In this document: piece by piece, positions 13,469 through 28,458 of the stretch
Layout: each line of letters opens with the position of its first letter
How positions within the stretch are numbered: the stretch's first letter is position 1
NCBI RefSeq assembly: GCF_009914755.1
Contig: NC_060929.1
Source: the human T2T-CHM13v2.0 reference genome, Homo sapiens
DNA: 64,000 nt
Direction: 5' to 3' (one strand)
Notes under the pieces: generated by a model
Seen by the model: only the letters and a program-made list of their open reading frames with translations
Databases searched by the model: none
Told to the model about the DNA's origin: nothing
Program-made: the position numbers and the translations under genes

Positions 13469-13570
13469 TTTGGCCTATAAATATTCTGCTATTCCATATA
13501 TTACATATATGTGTATATTATATATTGTCTATATTTTATATACATGGAATCAAAATATTTATAGGCCAAA
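13469..13570. repeat. About 100-bp inverted repeat (hairpin)
   Basis: tttggcctataaatatt (13469-13485) is the exact reverse complement of aatatttataggccaaa (13554-13570). The stem continues imperfectly via attccat/atggaat. Confidence 0.9.
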
Positions 13571-14829
13571 GAGATGATTGAGCATCTCCTTCTGCATTCA
13601 TCACAGTGAAAATCTCTTATCAAAAGTACACTTTTGAAAATTCGCATGTCTATTTATTTCTTTTGAACAACTTGATGATAGATTTAAAGCTTTAAAAAAT
13701 GAACAAAATAATTCTGTCTCAAAACAGGAATATTTTTGGCAGGTATCAGGACAATACAAACTTAAATTTTTCACATAATAGTCTTTTCACAATTCAACTT
13801 GACCTTGAATGTGATTGCTTTTCCAGCAGCAAGTGCTGTTCTTAAATATATGATGCCTACCGTGTTGTCAGGTGGGTGGCAGATCTGAAATGTGCAAAAT
13901 GAGAAACAGACATACAGCTAGGTGCATAGTGTTTGTGAAGGCCAGATCCAGTCCTGTTGCAATAAAGTGTTAACTTGAAAGGATTGTTAACCATGAAAAA
14001 CTCCCCCACCTTTTACTCAGCTATACCTAAATTCAACTGGCTAATGTGGGTGCTACTGCTTTGCTTCAGGTGAAATTCATATGAACTATAAATGCTTGAT
14101 CAGGAATATTTCCCTGGCTTTGCCTAGCAAGAGAGACCCAGCGAGAGAAAAACTCTAGGCTAGAAGCATCCTGCCGACCAATTGTTCTAGTCTTTGGCTC
14201 AGAAATGAGGAAAGAAATGGAGCACCATTAGGCTGCATGGAGAGTTTAGGCTTCTTGACATTTGTTTCCCTTTAAAGGCCTCTTAATAGTGTTGATTTAT
14301 TGTCCATTTATTTCCTACCAAAGGAAACGAAAATCTTCCAACCTGAAGATAGCAATCTCCTTTCTCTGTTTTCCTTTTAGAAAGCCTTGATATTAAGTCC
14401 CAGGCAATGTTGAAATTGGTCTGATTATTTGCAGTGCCAGGATGAGAGGCATCAGCAGGTTCTTATAAGTAAGGTTGCAACTTGGGTTAGAATGAGAACT
14501 ACAGGAGGATAATTCAGAATAGACTTAGGTGAGAGCTAGAGACCTGGATCCAGATAAGTGGGACTAGGAGAGCACTGTGTGATTTCTGAGTCACAGAACA
14601 AGCCAGTGAAACTGAACATGGCATCTTGGAACGATTTTAAAATTAGAGAGATGAAGAATTTTCTTCAAGAACACATACCAAGATATCACTAAATACAGAG
14701 GCCGATCCTCATTTATGCCTTTCTTGGCAAAACAGGAGTAAGGCTCAAAGGAAGCCAGGTCAAACAAAATAGTGAATCAGATGAATGCAAATAAGGTGAC
14801 AGTAGCACATGAGAATGGGTGGCTTCAAA

Positions 14830-15510
14830 TGTATTTGTTCCTTTAACAAGTATTTACTGAGCCACTATTTTTTGGTTCCAGCCACTAAGCACAGAGCTAG
14901 AGAGACTATAGTGTATAAAACCAGACAAACCCTGGAATCTCCATTCTAGTAAAAAAAAGAAAAGAATTATGCACATAAATATCAAATTAGAGCTATATTA
15001 TTGCTAGAAAGGAGAGTGAGGTGATAAGAAACCACACTTAACTATGTACAGAGAATGATTCCTTGAGAGAGAGAGTTTTGAATTGACATGGAAAGAAACA
15101 GTAGGAGTTTGTTAAATGAAGGAGGGAGGGAGAGAAGAGAGATCTAGGCAGAGAAAACTGTCTGCCAAAGACCCTGTGACTGGAGGGAATATATCAGTTA
15201 TAAAGCATTAAAAATACCCAGAGTGGCTGAAGATAAAGAATAAAAATAAGTATAAAAAGAGACGAGGATCCAGAGTCTGATTATTCAGGGTTTTGTAAGT
15301 CACATAACAAAACTTTATCTGTATTTTAAGAGAACCAGCAGCTAAACTTCAAAGAAGGGACTGAGTATCACTAAGAACAGATGTAGGCCTCCTGGTAAGG
15401 TGGCACTTTTTAGGAGTAAAGAGAAGCAATGATGACAGGTTGATCCAGGGTGCAACTGGAAGAGAATGAAAGGATGGGAAAATACCAGAATGGGGAAAAT
15501 ACATTTGCGG
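14830..15510 (-). mobile_element. L2 fragment (3' region)
   Basis: tttaacaagtatttactgagc...ccattctagt...ggcagagaaaactgtctgccaaagaccctgtg, typical antisense L2. Confidence 0.7.
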
Positions 15511-15984
15511 GAAAAATTTTGTGTGCAAATAGAAGCAATTACAACCAGGTAACACCCCTCCCCCTACACTGCCGCTGTAAAACAACATTTGTCAGAGGTT
15601 GTTCCCAGTGCTAAGCCCAGTATATCTTGAAAATAAATGTATAATGTCACTCTCTGGTTCAGCTTCAGAATTTTTAAATGGCTCTTATTGTGATAAGAAT
15701 AAATCAGAATGGAAACTGCAGGTGCAAGGAAGTCATTGAAAGTACCTGGGAAAGAGAAGTGTGTGGGGCAAAGAGGAAGCAAAAACTTTGCCAGGAAATT
15801 AAGTTATTTCTTTCCTCAATGTTTCTTTTCCTGGAGTGCATGTAAAGCAATATATCCTGCTCCAGCTCGTGTGATTATGTGAATGGAGACGGAGAACAAA
15901 GAGGGGTAAAGAATGGTGGTAAAGATAATAGAAAACTGAAACATCCTAGAATTCTGCCACTCAACTTTTGTTTGGCCTTGTTAG

Positions 15985-16100
15985 GTGGCTTATTCGAAAT
16001 GCAGAATCTCAGGCCAAAATTCAATCCTACCAGATCAGAATGTGTATGTTAATAGAGCTCTAGGTGATTTGGATGCACTCTCAGGCTTAGAAATTACTGT
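15985..16100. mobile_element. MER5 (hAT-Charlie) fragment
   Basis: gaaatgcagaatctcaggcc...atcagaat...ctaggtgatt...agaaattactg. Confidence 0.65.
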
Positions 16101-16566
16101 TTAAATAACGTCAATTTGCATCTCTGAGATAGGGTGTGGGGTTCTATATTCCTACACATCATTTGGCAAATTGGGGTTCTTTGCTGCTCAACCTTCTCCA
16201 ACATACAGATTTACAAAACGGACCTAAAGCTTATTTTTAAGTGTGTGTATGCTTGAGCACTTCATTGGTCTTAAGTCTGTTTAATGAGATTCAAAATTGC
16301 AATAAAAGAGCAAACCAATGACAATGAATGAATGTGAAATGTAAAAATGACTGCACGAAAGGAAAATTGATAATAATGACAAATGAAGAGGGAAAACATA
16401 ACTCAGAGCTCACGTGCAATAGAAAGAAAATCCCACGTGAAAGGTTGAGAAAAAGAATATCCTGCTAACGTTAGGCGTAAGTCAGAAGCTCAGAGACTTT
16501 CTTTCAAGTTATCTGTCTATGGATGTTCTTACAACTTTCCCCTTTTTCCTTCAAAAACAAATTGAC

Positions 16567-17303
<737 letters not shown>

Positions 17304-18378
17304 TAGAGAAACTTGAGCAGAATTTCCACAGGTAGAACAGAATATATAATCACTACAAATTAGATGCTGTTTTTCACCCCTCCCTAAATATAGATTTCAT
17401 TTGCATCATCATCTCGTCTGCTAAATGTCATTTTTAAAATGTGAATTTTTAAATGTCAGCTAACAAGGAAGTTTGATACTCAGTCGCTGCTGTTATTCGA
17501 ACTCCACCAGTCTATTATTAAGGACTTTTTAGCAGCTGATTGCTGATATTTCCAATTAAGACTTGGTTTGTGTAAGTCAATTTAATGTGACATATTTTTT
17601 TTTTAAATGTGGTTTACAATTTGCGGGATAGTTTGGTTGCAGTATATCCCTTTCTTGGCCAAAATGCATTAAGCAGATTTGCACAAAGAAATATAATTGC
17701 AGTATAATTGCTGAAACTTCCACTGAGACACAAATTATATGCTCTTAAAGATGACTGCTCAGGGGTTTTATAGAAAAAATTCTGCTTTGAATGGAAAGAG
17801 ATACGAAAAACCTAAACAAACTAGAAAACTTCTAAAGTCTCTGTAACTCAGTGATCTTATCATTCTAGTGTCCATTTGACATCTAACTTGAGTAAGTCAT
17901 AGTGGACTTTCTTCTCAACTCAAGCCCCTTAGATGCTTTCTAAAAGACGCTCAGCTGATTGCTGTTTCCATTGTCACTATCAAATTATCTATTCTGTGAA
18001 CAATCTGATTCTCTAATTAATGTCGTAGCACATGTGCATTAATCTGTCTGGTCCTCCAGTTCTCTAATGAGAGACAAACTCACTACAAGATCTTCCTTAA
18101 GAAATAACAAACTGACTGACTCAGCATGACACCCTCACCTAATTAATAAAATGGTGACAATTTTAAAATCCCTGTGCTGTGATTTTTCCTTAACAAAAAC
18201 TGTTTTGCAGATGTGCAAAGGGACACAAGAAAGAATGTAAATTTAGCAGTTCATAACCTTTGACTAAACAAACCAGAGATTAGATGGAATCAATACTGCC
18301 AGAAAGAATTTCCCCCAGTCTGGTAAATCTGGAAATGCAAGAAAATAAATCTATCAGAAAAAAAAAATGGTCTGTTTA

Positions 18379-18396
18379 TAGCGACATCTAGTGGTG
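18379..18396 (-). promoter_or_regulatory. Candidate CTCF binding site
   Basis: Minus strand reads CACCACTAGATGTCGCTA, a close match to the CTCF core CCACYAGRKGGCRSYA, with a retained CpG. Confidence 0.7.
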
Positions 18397-18893
18397 TTTG
18401 TTTTCCTGCTTGCCCATTCCTAAATGAATTCCCCAGGAAGATAGCAAATACAAAAAACTTACTATTTTGTTATTTTTATCAATACAAACACATAACCTAT
18501 GTAACATGTTATTGGAGTAACAGGAATAAATATTTCAGAAAACCACATGAATTAGCATGAACTGATGATTTGCAGAAGCTATTTTTGAAAAGTGTTGTGG
18601 GTGAATGGATTATGACTCTCATGATGACCACAAGAATAGTAATGCCTGTCCTCATACAGAAATAGGTGTATTTCTTGGTGTTGAAACACATGACCATAGA
18701 TTTTTTTTTTTCAGATGAAGCAGGAGATTCATGGTAGAAATAACTTTGTGAAAAATGAATAATCTCATGGCAGATTTATCTTAAACTAAGATAACTAAAA
18801 TGACTACATTCTCAAAAGGCTATCTTAAAGAATACTGACAACCTCTGTTATCTGATAGTTTACCCTGGAAGAGTTTGTATCACTATGCTAAAA

Positions 18894-18894
<1 letters not shown>

Positions 18895-18930
<36 letters not shown>
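18895..18930. repeat. (TG)18 microsatellite
   Basis: Perfect TG run. Confidence 0.98.
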
Positions 18931-18933
<3 letters not shown>

Positions 18934-20863
18934 GGAAGTGAGGGGTGGGGTGAGCACAACATGATTATAAAATTTGTCCTGACACTTAGAGTAGACTTTT
19001 TGATTAAACACATTTTCTAAAATGGTGGTGATTATAAAAGAATACAATTTTGAAATAAAATCAATGACAGGACTTTAAAAAAGCAAGCAACAGTTTTTAA
19101 AAGTCATAGGTTTGTTACAATCCAGGGGATTGTAAAACTGTTAGGTAATATTCTCTCTGGCTATTTCAGAAGAGAATAAATTTTGACAAGGAGCACTTTT
19201 TTTTTTTCCAGAGGAAGGTTTTTGCCTTTCACCTGTTCTGACACTCAAAGTTCTTCTAGGAGAGGCCACAGAGAAATCTGTTCTCTGCGTTGCTCTTATA
19301 TCTTGTGGATCACTTTAGGACAGATCCCATTCATTATGGACAGATGCCTTCACTGAATTTATGCAACTAATATTTATGGCCACTCATGCTCCGATAGCAA
19401 TGAATGAGTCTGAACCAGTACGAGATATTAATTATTGCAAACCGTATCTTCACTTTTCTACTGAAAAGAAGTCTTACCTTGTATCACTTGATTTCTGTCT
19501 CCAGCACAGCCCCTAGGACTGTCTTTCTGCAGGTGACATCAGTATTATAGGACATTAACGTCTCAGAGGGTCCTTGAAGTGTATGTCTGTCCACTTGTAA
19601 CCCTGCACTTCAAGGCACATAGAAACTGCTTTGACCTTTTAGGCCATCTCTTCTCTTTAGAGAAGATGAGTTCTTTAGAGAAGGATGAGTCCCTTCCAGC
19701 CTGACACAGTAAGCATTACTTTAAAAGCTCGTCATTCTACTTTATTCTCCCGAGTGATAACCATTTTGCCTGCAAGTGTCATAGGTGAATATTTTGAAGA
19801 CCAAATGTGACTATAATACTGCCAAGTTCTACTCTGAGCATTTTGGAAAATACTTTCTCCCTCAAATACATAATAAAGTTAAATAACTTGACTTTTTCAG
19901 GCAGTCAAATTTATCATTGAGGCATAAATTAGTTATACAGTGGCATGATTTCAATACCACTTCTTGCCCACAGAAGGGAATTACAGTAAACAGATTCATA
20001 GAATTTCTCACCTAAAAATTTGTCTAGGTGTTCCAGGGCATAGCCACAGGCAGATTTCAGAAGTCTTTTAAATATACGAATTGAAAATGGTTCATATATG
20101 TACCTAAGGATAGGAGGAAAAAATTTACTTTTAACATCTATCCATAGGCTTGAATTTTACTGACTGTCAAAATCGTCCTAAAGGAACAACATTAAAGTTC
20201 AGTAAAAAATATTCAGTGATACAATATGTCAAACACTTGGTGTGTATCTGCAACCTTAAGACTAAGTGTAGTACCCTTCCATCACCTTTGGTTTTACTCT
20301 GTGCTGAAAAATATAGCCCCTGCCTGGCAAAGTGTCATCTTTTCCAGTCTGGAAAAAAACATATCAGTGAGATTTTGTTAGTTTGACAGTGGTCAGAGTT
20401 TCTGCAGCATTTTGCAAAAGGTATGTTGATGTAGCATGCAGTCAATAGTGCTTAGAAGTATGTTCGTGTATGTATTGAAATTTATCAATAGTTTTAAATA
20501 AGTAATGAGATATTTATCTTAACTATCATGCCACCTAAAGTATCAAATAATCCTACATTAATGATTATAATAAATATCACAAATGTCTTGTATTTCTTTA
20601 CTCAAAGAATCATCAGTCACGTGTAAATCTCCTATCTCTCCTCTTCTAGCTGTCTTATCCTGCTTTTGTTTATTTCTCTCTTTTTTCTTTTAGCAGGCCT
20701 ATTTAGTATCCATCTGCTTTTATTTCATTTAGCTGGATGCCTCAAGATGTATAAGTGCAATCTAAATTTCAGTCAGTCTATATTCATCTTTCTAGGGATG
20801 ACCCAGCTTTCAAGTTCAGAGTGAGTCCTGTCTTCTCCAAGAAGGATTCACTGATTATTCCAT

Positions 20864-20915
20864 TCTGGTGGTTTTCAACTCAGCTTACATATTAGACTCA
20901 CCAGGGTAGCTTTAA

Positions 20916-20954
<39 letters not shown>

Positions 20955-21180
20955 ATATGTATAACATTTAATTATATATAATTAGCATTTTTAAATATGT
21001 ATTGAATATTCTATGCATATATGTATACATATATATACACATATATTTGTGTGTGTATATTTATAAAATTAACCCCCCACCCAGATACTCTGATTTAATT
21101 GTTCTAGGGTAAAACTTTGATAAACCTATTTTTAGAAGGTCCATGGTAATTCTGATTGTATAGCCATGGTTGAGCTTCCT
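20864..21180. mobile_element. MER5B-like element containing a (TG)n/(TA)-rich expansion
   Basis: tggttttcaac...acatattagactcaccagggtagctttaaa ... ccccacccagatactctgatttaattg...ggtaattctgat...ggttgag. Confidence 0.65.
20917..20950. repeat. (TG)17 microsatellite
   Basis: Perfect TG run followed by a degenerate TA-rich tract. Confidence 0.97.
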
Positions 21181-21254
21181 GCCATCTTGTTTTTGCCATA
21201 CGAGTAATACTCGCTTTTTTTTTTTTTTTTTTGAGGCCGGAGAGGGGAATGGGT

Positions 21255-22330
21255 GATACATGCCATTGATACACAATCTAAAAGATAGAAAATATATACA
21301 TAGTCAAAAATAAACCTCCTTCTTTACACTGGCCACTCAGCTACCTTCCCCAGAGGCAAATCCTGCTTGCAGCATTTGGTATTTCCTCTCAGAGACAATG
21401 TACTCACAAACAAATATGAATATTTATCAGAAACTCCTCCTCCTGCTCCCCTTCCCCAACCATACAAAAGATAAAATACTCTAGAAATTCATATGACTGT
21501 TACTTTTTAAAATATTTTATAATATCTTTTTATATTAGAACACAATTTTGTGTCCCTATTTTTAACAGTGACACACTATACCACTCTAGAACATAATCCA
21601 TGTTATTGATTGCTTTTGCAATATTTCAGTGTACACATTTGCCTATTCAACAGTAGCATGTGTGTGATAATATCTGTAGAATAAATTCTTGGAGTGAAAG
21701 GGCTAGATCCAAAATTTTGTGCATCTCACTTTGCTACTAAACACCAGGTCACCCTCCAGAGAGACTGGATAACTTGACACTCCCACAAGCAATATGCAAG
21801 TGCCTTTATTCTCTCTTTTCAACACAGTATATCAGCAACATTTTACTAACTACCAATTTGATAGGTGAAAAAAAGAGTATTTCATTCTGGTGCTAAATGT
21901 CCATCTCTTCTCAGCAATGAGATTGAACAGTTTTTTCTCATGCTTTAAACCCATTTGTATTTCATCTTTTACATACTGTTTGTTCATATCCTTTACACAT
22001 TTTCTTATTAGTTTGTTAAATTTTAACCTCTGAATTTCAAAGTTTATTGAGTCTTATGTGGCGGGTTTTTGCCCTCACATAGAACCTTCTTTATTCTTCT
22101 GAGAGTAAATGGTTACATTTGTTTTTAATTGCTTGGATTTCAGACATCGTAGAAAGGATACCTGTACTCTAAAATTATTTAAACATCATAAATGCATCCT
22201 ATATTTTTATAGTTTCACTTTTACATCTAAGTATTTGACCAATCCAAAATTTACCCTAGATTTACAATTTGTGTTTAATAGCATTGCTTTTTTGTTTTTT
22301 TAATATTTTAATTATTTATATAATACTTCC
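21255..22330 (-). mobile_element. L1ME-like 3' end
   Basis: ttccccagaggcaa, tatctgtagaataaattcttggagtgaa, actcccacaagcaatatgcaagtgcc, ccaatttgataggtgaaaa, tgtttgttcatatcctt. Confidence 0.75.
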
Positions 22331-22724
22331 TCCTGAATTGGATTTTAGTTTACATGTAAAGATTAACATAATAGATGAAATAAGTTTAAAATAAATGAGA
22401 ACCATGAAAACATAAGGCAGACATAGGTGATTTTAGTATACAAATTACATGTGATAAAGAAAAAGATTCCATCTAAAATTGGACCACAAATTTGGCCAAA
22501 AACTTGCAGACAGTGTGAGAAGGACGTGTAATATAACCAGATATTCAATTCATAGCACCATCAAAATTAACACCCCAGCACACATGTGCACATACACACA
22601 CATACCTCCTACACTTTATCAATGAAAACACAGGTGTGTTTTTGATAAACAGACTAAGATTAAATGGTAATTCTTAGTTATTATGAAACACAATTGACAT
22701 CAAATTTTATTTGTCATCACCGTC

Positions 22725-22815
22725 AGATGAGGGAGCTTGTCTGTCTTATTCACACCTATATTCCTAGTACATGACTGAAACATTAAGTATGTCTTGGATT
22801 TATGAATGAATAAAG
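22725..22815 (+). mobile_element. L2 3' end
   Basis: tgtctgtcttattcacacctatattcctagtac...tgaatgaataaa. Confidence 0.6.
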
Positions 22816-23633
22816 GTTTATGTTAGCTTTTGACACTAAGTAGCTTAACAGGCTAGGGATACATGATTATACATCTTTTTAAAACACATAACCTATAAAA
22901 ATTCTAACATGAATAGCCTTAAGATAATGCAGTAGCTGAATAGAGGTTTTCCAGAAAGTGACAGCCTACTATTACTATAAGCTAATTGCTAATTGTACGT
23001 TATAAAATGTCTTCATCTCACTGGATCTTTAGTGAACAGAAGCAGAAAATACTTGATTGGGTTAGTATTGTATTGCTATGTAAGGGAAAATATTATTCCA
23101 TGTAATTTTTCATGTGGTCATGTCCCACTATCTTAGCCTGGTTGAATTCAAAACACCTATTGTATTCTCTGTTATTTAGACCTTAACTGTTTGTAAATGT
23201 AATGCCTTTTCTCACAAACTAATTATAACCAGTAAGATTATTCCTCATTTTATATTTCCATTTATTATACTTTTTATTCATTTCTGCTCTATATTAGCTG
23301 GATTTATCATCTCTTGATTTAGAAGTTATTAAAAAACTACGCCTGTTCTTGTAGTTTTCCTTTATGCAAATTTCCACATATACTTACCTCTATTGACTTA
23401 TTAGATGATCAATATCTATAAAGTGTTTTTTCTTTAATACTTAAAAATGTTTCTCACTTTTTTTCATATTAAAATTTTTTATGCCAATCAGGTGGTCTTC
23501 TCTTTCCGTACAAGAGTTTTTAGAATTATCTTTTTGTCTTTGGTGTTCTTAAATGTTACAATTACATATTATATATGATCAGCACTTTATCAATGGTTTG
23601 TATCTGAGGTCTGTAATTTTTCTGTTATACTAA

Positions 23634-24485
<852 letters not shown>

Positions 24486-25529
24486 AGCATTTCTATTTGT
24501 AAACTCCATATCCCTTTAACTTGCTTTTATATCTTTGATCTCTTTGCTATTTCCTGTATTTTTTAAGTTTTATTAACGTGATCTTCCAACTATCTAATTT
24601 ATTCATCAGCTCTATATTTTGGGTGATGGTATCTTATCTATGGGTGTTTTAATTCAACTACTAGATTCTAAAGCTATGATTTGTATTTTAATAAGTTTCT
24701 ATTTTTCCTCCACATTGGTATTATAATTCCTAATTTATATTATTATTTTATGCTTATTTTCTAATATTTGTTCCATTCCACTAATTCTGTTTCAGTAGGA
24801 TTTTATTATTTGGTTTGTCATCTTTTATATGAAAAATTCTTGCCCTTAACTTCACATTGCAATGACCAGGGGAGCTTTAAACGCTGAAGTCTGGGTACCA
24901 TTGCTGCGATATTTACAAAATAGGTCTGTAATGCTGCTGCTATTGTCTTAGGATTTTTTGAAGCAGCTCAATTCTGTTGGTCAGCCAATATTGGTTAGCA
25001 TTGTTTGTAATGATTGTCCTTCTCTTTTAGGTTAGGATTGGGGGAGGATATGTCAGCTAGGTACATGGTTAATATGAGGGAAGATTAGAAGACTAGAACA
25101 TTAGAAGACTAGTTTGGCTGTACTTGCCTATTCATCTTAGGAAGAGGGACAACGATGGAACACAAGGAAAGAGAGACCCCAGGTACCACAGAACCCCTGC
25201 TGACCATTCCCTATTGCTACCTTTTTTATCCACCAGCCAATATATCTGGTGAGGAATTCTCCTTTAAATTCTCAGAAATAAGAAGCTTTGGGGGAAGGCC
25301 ATCTCCTTAGATTGCAATTCGCCATATCTGAGGAAACAGAGTGAAGCAGGAGGAGAAGTGGATGCTCCTAGTCATCCCAATGGGATCCTACACCTTAAAT
25401 AAGCAGGGCTGTTAACCTGCTTGGGGAAGGTTAACACCTGAAGTAGATACTACTATAGATCTCTCTAGCAAAGAACAGTTGATGATTTATCCTAGTACTG
25501 AAAAGAGAATTTAAGAGCCTTCCTTAAAG

Positions 25530-25695
25530 CAAGGATTTTTAAACTTGAATGTACATCAGAATCACTGGGAGGGCTTGTCAAACAGGTTGCTGGGCCCCAC
25601 CCTCAGAGTTTCTGGGTTATAAAATTTGCATTTCTAACACATGCCCCTCTGAAGTTGATACTGCTGGTCTGGAGACCACACTTGAGGAATTATTG
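25530..25695. mobile_element. MER5A (internally deleted)
   Basis: catcagaatcactgggagggcttg...ggttgctgggccccaccctcagagtttctg...tttgcatttctaac...ggagaccacactt. Degenerate TSD ccttaaag/acttaaat. Confidence 0.85.
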
Positions 25696-26913
25696 ACTTA
25701 AATCTCTCCTTTAGCTCAAGATCCAATTTTCTATCTAGAGATTTCTTGTATTTGTTTACATTTGTTTGTTTTTAATATTTTTAATTTTATATTGCTTTAG
25801 TTGTTAATTCCTATACTTATATTCCTTTCTTGCTTTCGTAGATTCCTCAAAGTTTACTTTGAAGAGAGAACTAGGAGCTTATCTTATTTTTACTCTTAAT
25901 AGGAAACAGAAGCCCCTCCACAGTTTCTTATTATAATTTTGAATGTTGTTTATGTTTTTTTAAAAAAGTATATACATTGTAGAAAATATTGTGCAACTCA
26001 AAAACTTAAAAAGTAAAATTTACCTATAATTCCTCATAACAAACCTTAACGTTTTTGTTTAAATCTTTCCCATCTCTCTTGTTAAAAATACTGGATTACT
26101 TAACATATTGTGGATTATGAGTTAGGAATTTTAACATGAATGTGCATAGGTGATTTTTAAATTTCCCGTATCAAACGCTAAAAAAATTCTGAATGGAAAC
26201 TGTGAATATGATTTATGTTCTACTCAATAAAAATCCTCTCTTAAAGTCTTTCTGACACGTAGAACTTGGAAAAAAAGACTAATATGGTTATAATTGGGTA
26301 TGCATTAGCCAAGCAGTCCAGGACATTTAAGTATAGGGTTTAGGAAATTCAGTTAAACTATAAAATCAAAACTGAATTTCAGCAACAAAACAGTTTTATT
26401 CATTTTTCAGTTAAATGATATCTTGATACATTTGACTATTGGAAATTTCTACAATGTTCACAATCTTTTACTTAAACTTGTCCTTTCACATTGTATTCAC
26501 ATCTACATTCCTTAGATGGAAAAAATCATAAGATGTATGCTTGAAGAGTAGTTGGTACTACCATGTTTACTTGTAGTAATAATGCCATACTACTGAAATA
26601 CCAGAATCTGCTAGGCTTGCGTTGCTAATAAATGATTACTGAAAGCATATGAATAGCATAACTACACGGCTTGACGCAGTAGAAAGACAGTGATTTTGTT
26701 TGCCTCTCCCATTTGCTGTCTGTCTTCTTTCATGGTACAGCAGTCTTTGAAAAAAAGTACTACATGGAATTGAGCTGGAACCAGATACTAGGCAATAGAT
26801 TAATGCATGGCTTACGTAAAAAGGCACTAACTGACAATTTACATTGTTCTGGATGCTAAGTAATAATAACAATATCAACTCCTAATATATATCATACACT
26901 GCTCTATTAGAAG

Positions 26914-27376
26914 TGTAGCAGGACAAGCCACAGACAAAACCCCTCAGACACCGAGTTAAAGAAGGAAGGGCTTTATTCAGCTGGGAGCTTCAGCAAGACT
27001 CACGTCTCCAACAACGGAGCTCCCTGAGCGAGCAATTCCTGTCCCTTTTAAGGGCTCACAACTTTAAGAGGGTCCACGTGACAGGGTCGTGATCGATTGA
27101 GCAAGCAGTGGGTACGTGACTGGGGGCTGCATGCACCGGTAATCAGGTCGAAATAGAACAGGACAGGGATTTTCACAGTGCTTTTCTATACAATGTCTGT
27201 AATCTATAGATAACATAACTGATTAGGTCAGGGGTCGATCTTTATCTACCAGGCCCAGGGCGTGGCGCCGGGCTGTCTGCCTGTGGATTTCATTTCTGCC
27301 TTTTAGTTTTTACTTCTTCTTTCTTTGGAGGCAGAAATTGGGCATAAGACAATATAAGGGGTGCTCTCCTCTCTTA
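26914..27376 (-). mobile_element. Solo LTR2 (HERV-E/Harlequin family, ERV1)
   Basis: Minus strand runs TAAGAGAGGAGAGCACCCCTTATATTGTCTTATGCCCAATTTCTGCCTCCAAAG...CCCTTAAAAGGGACAGG...AATAAAGCCC...GTCCTGCTACA. Low divergence and many CpGs retained. Confidence 0.9.
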
Positions 27377-27666
27377 CAAGCACTATGGTATATGCTTTCT
27401 TTACCTTATCTTGTGTAATACTTACATCATAGAGTAGAACTATTACTAAGGTAGAGGTCATATATGTGAGTTAATCCATCATTTAATTATTCAATAATTA
27501 TGTATTAAGAGCATATAGTTTGCTAGGAAATGTGTGAAGAGCTGAGACCCTGAGCTGGACACCTTTTTCCCTGGAGCTCACATACCGCTAAGTGAAAGAA
27601 AACATACAAAAGCAATAAATAAATAAACTGATTAATTGTAGCTTATGAAAAGTGCTCTGAAGGAAA

Positions 27667-28057
27667 TGTTAAAAGAAAATCTTTAGCCAAATTAAATGTA
27701 ATAGAATTTAACTGAGCAAAGAAGGATTTGCATTTCAGACAGCCTCCCCAGCCAGAGTTGGTTGACAGAGACTTTGCGCAGCTACAAAGGACAGGATAAG
27801 GAAAGTGACATAAAGAAACTGGAAGTGAGGAACAGAAACAGCCTCACTTCAGCTTAGTGTTTTTGCCTTATTTGAACATGGTTTGAACAGATGGCTCCCT
27901 TTGATTGTCCAAAACTTGGTAATTGGCACAAAAGTAGGTTACAGTTTGTTTACACCTCCATTTAGGTTAGAGTTCACTATATAGTTATACAAAGAAAACC
28001 TTTAGTTTGAACTTAAAATATGTAAAGAGGCAGCTGTAGGCTAAACTTGGTTTAACA
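27667..28057 (-). mobile_element. MER57A/B solo LTR (ERV1)
   Basis: tgttaaaagaaaa...ggaagtgagg...ttgccttatttgaacatggtttgaacag...gaacttaaaatatgtaaagaggcagctgtaggctaaactt...taaca. Confidence 0.85.
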
Positions 28058-28117
28058 AAGTAATAGAGTAAATGATAGAGTCAATTTAGGGGGTACGGTT
28101 AAAGAGAACCTCTTCTG

Positions 28118-28458
<341 letters not shown>

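Noticed and set aside
21201-21240. cgagta-a-tactcg mini-palindrome followed by poly-T and gaggcc (possible collapsed Alu)
   Set aside because: Arms are only 6 bp, and there is no TSD or Alu body to support the interpretation.
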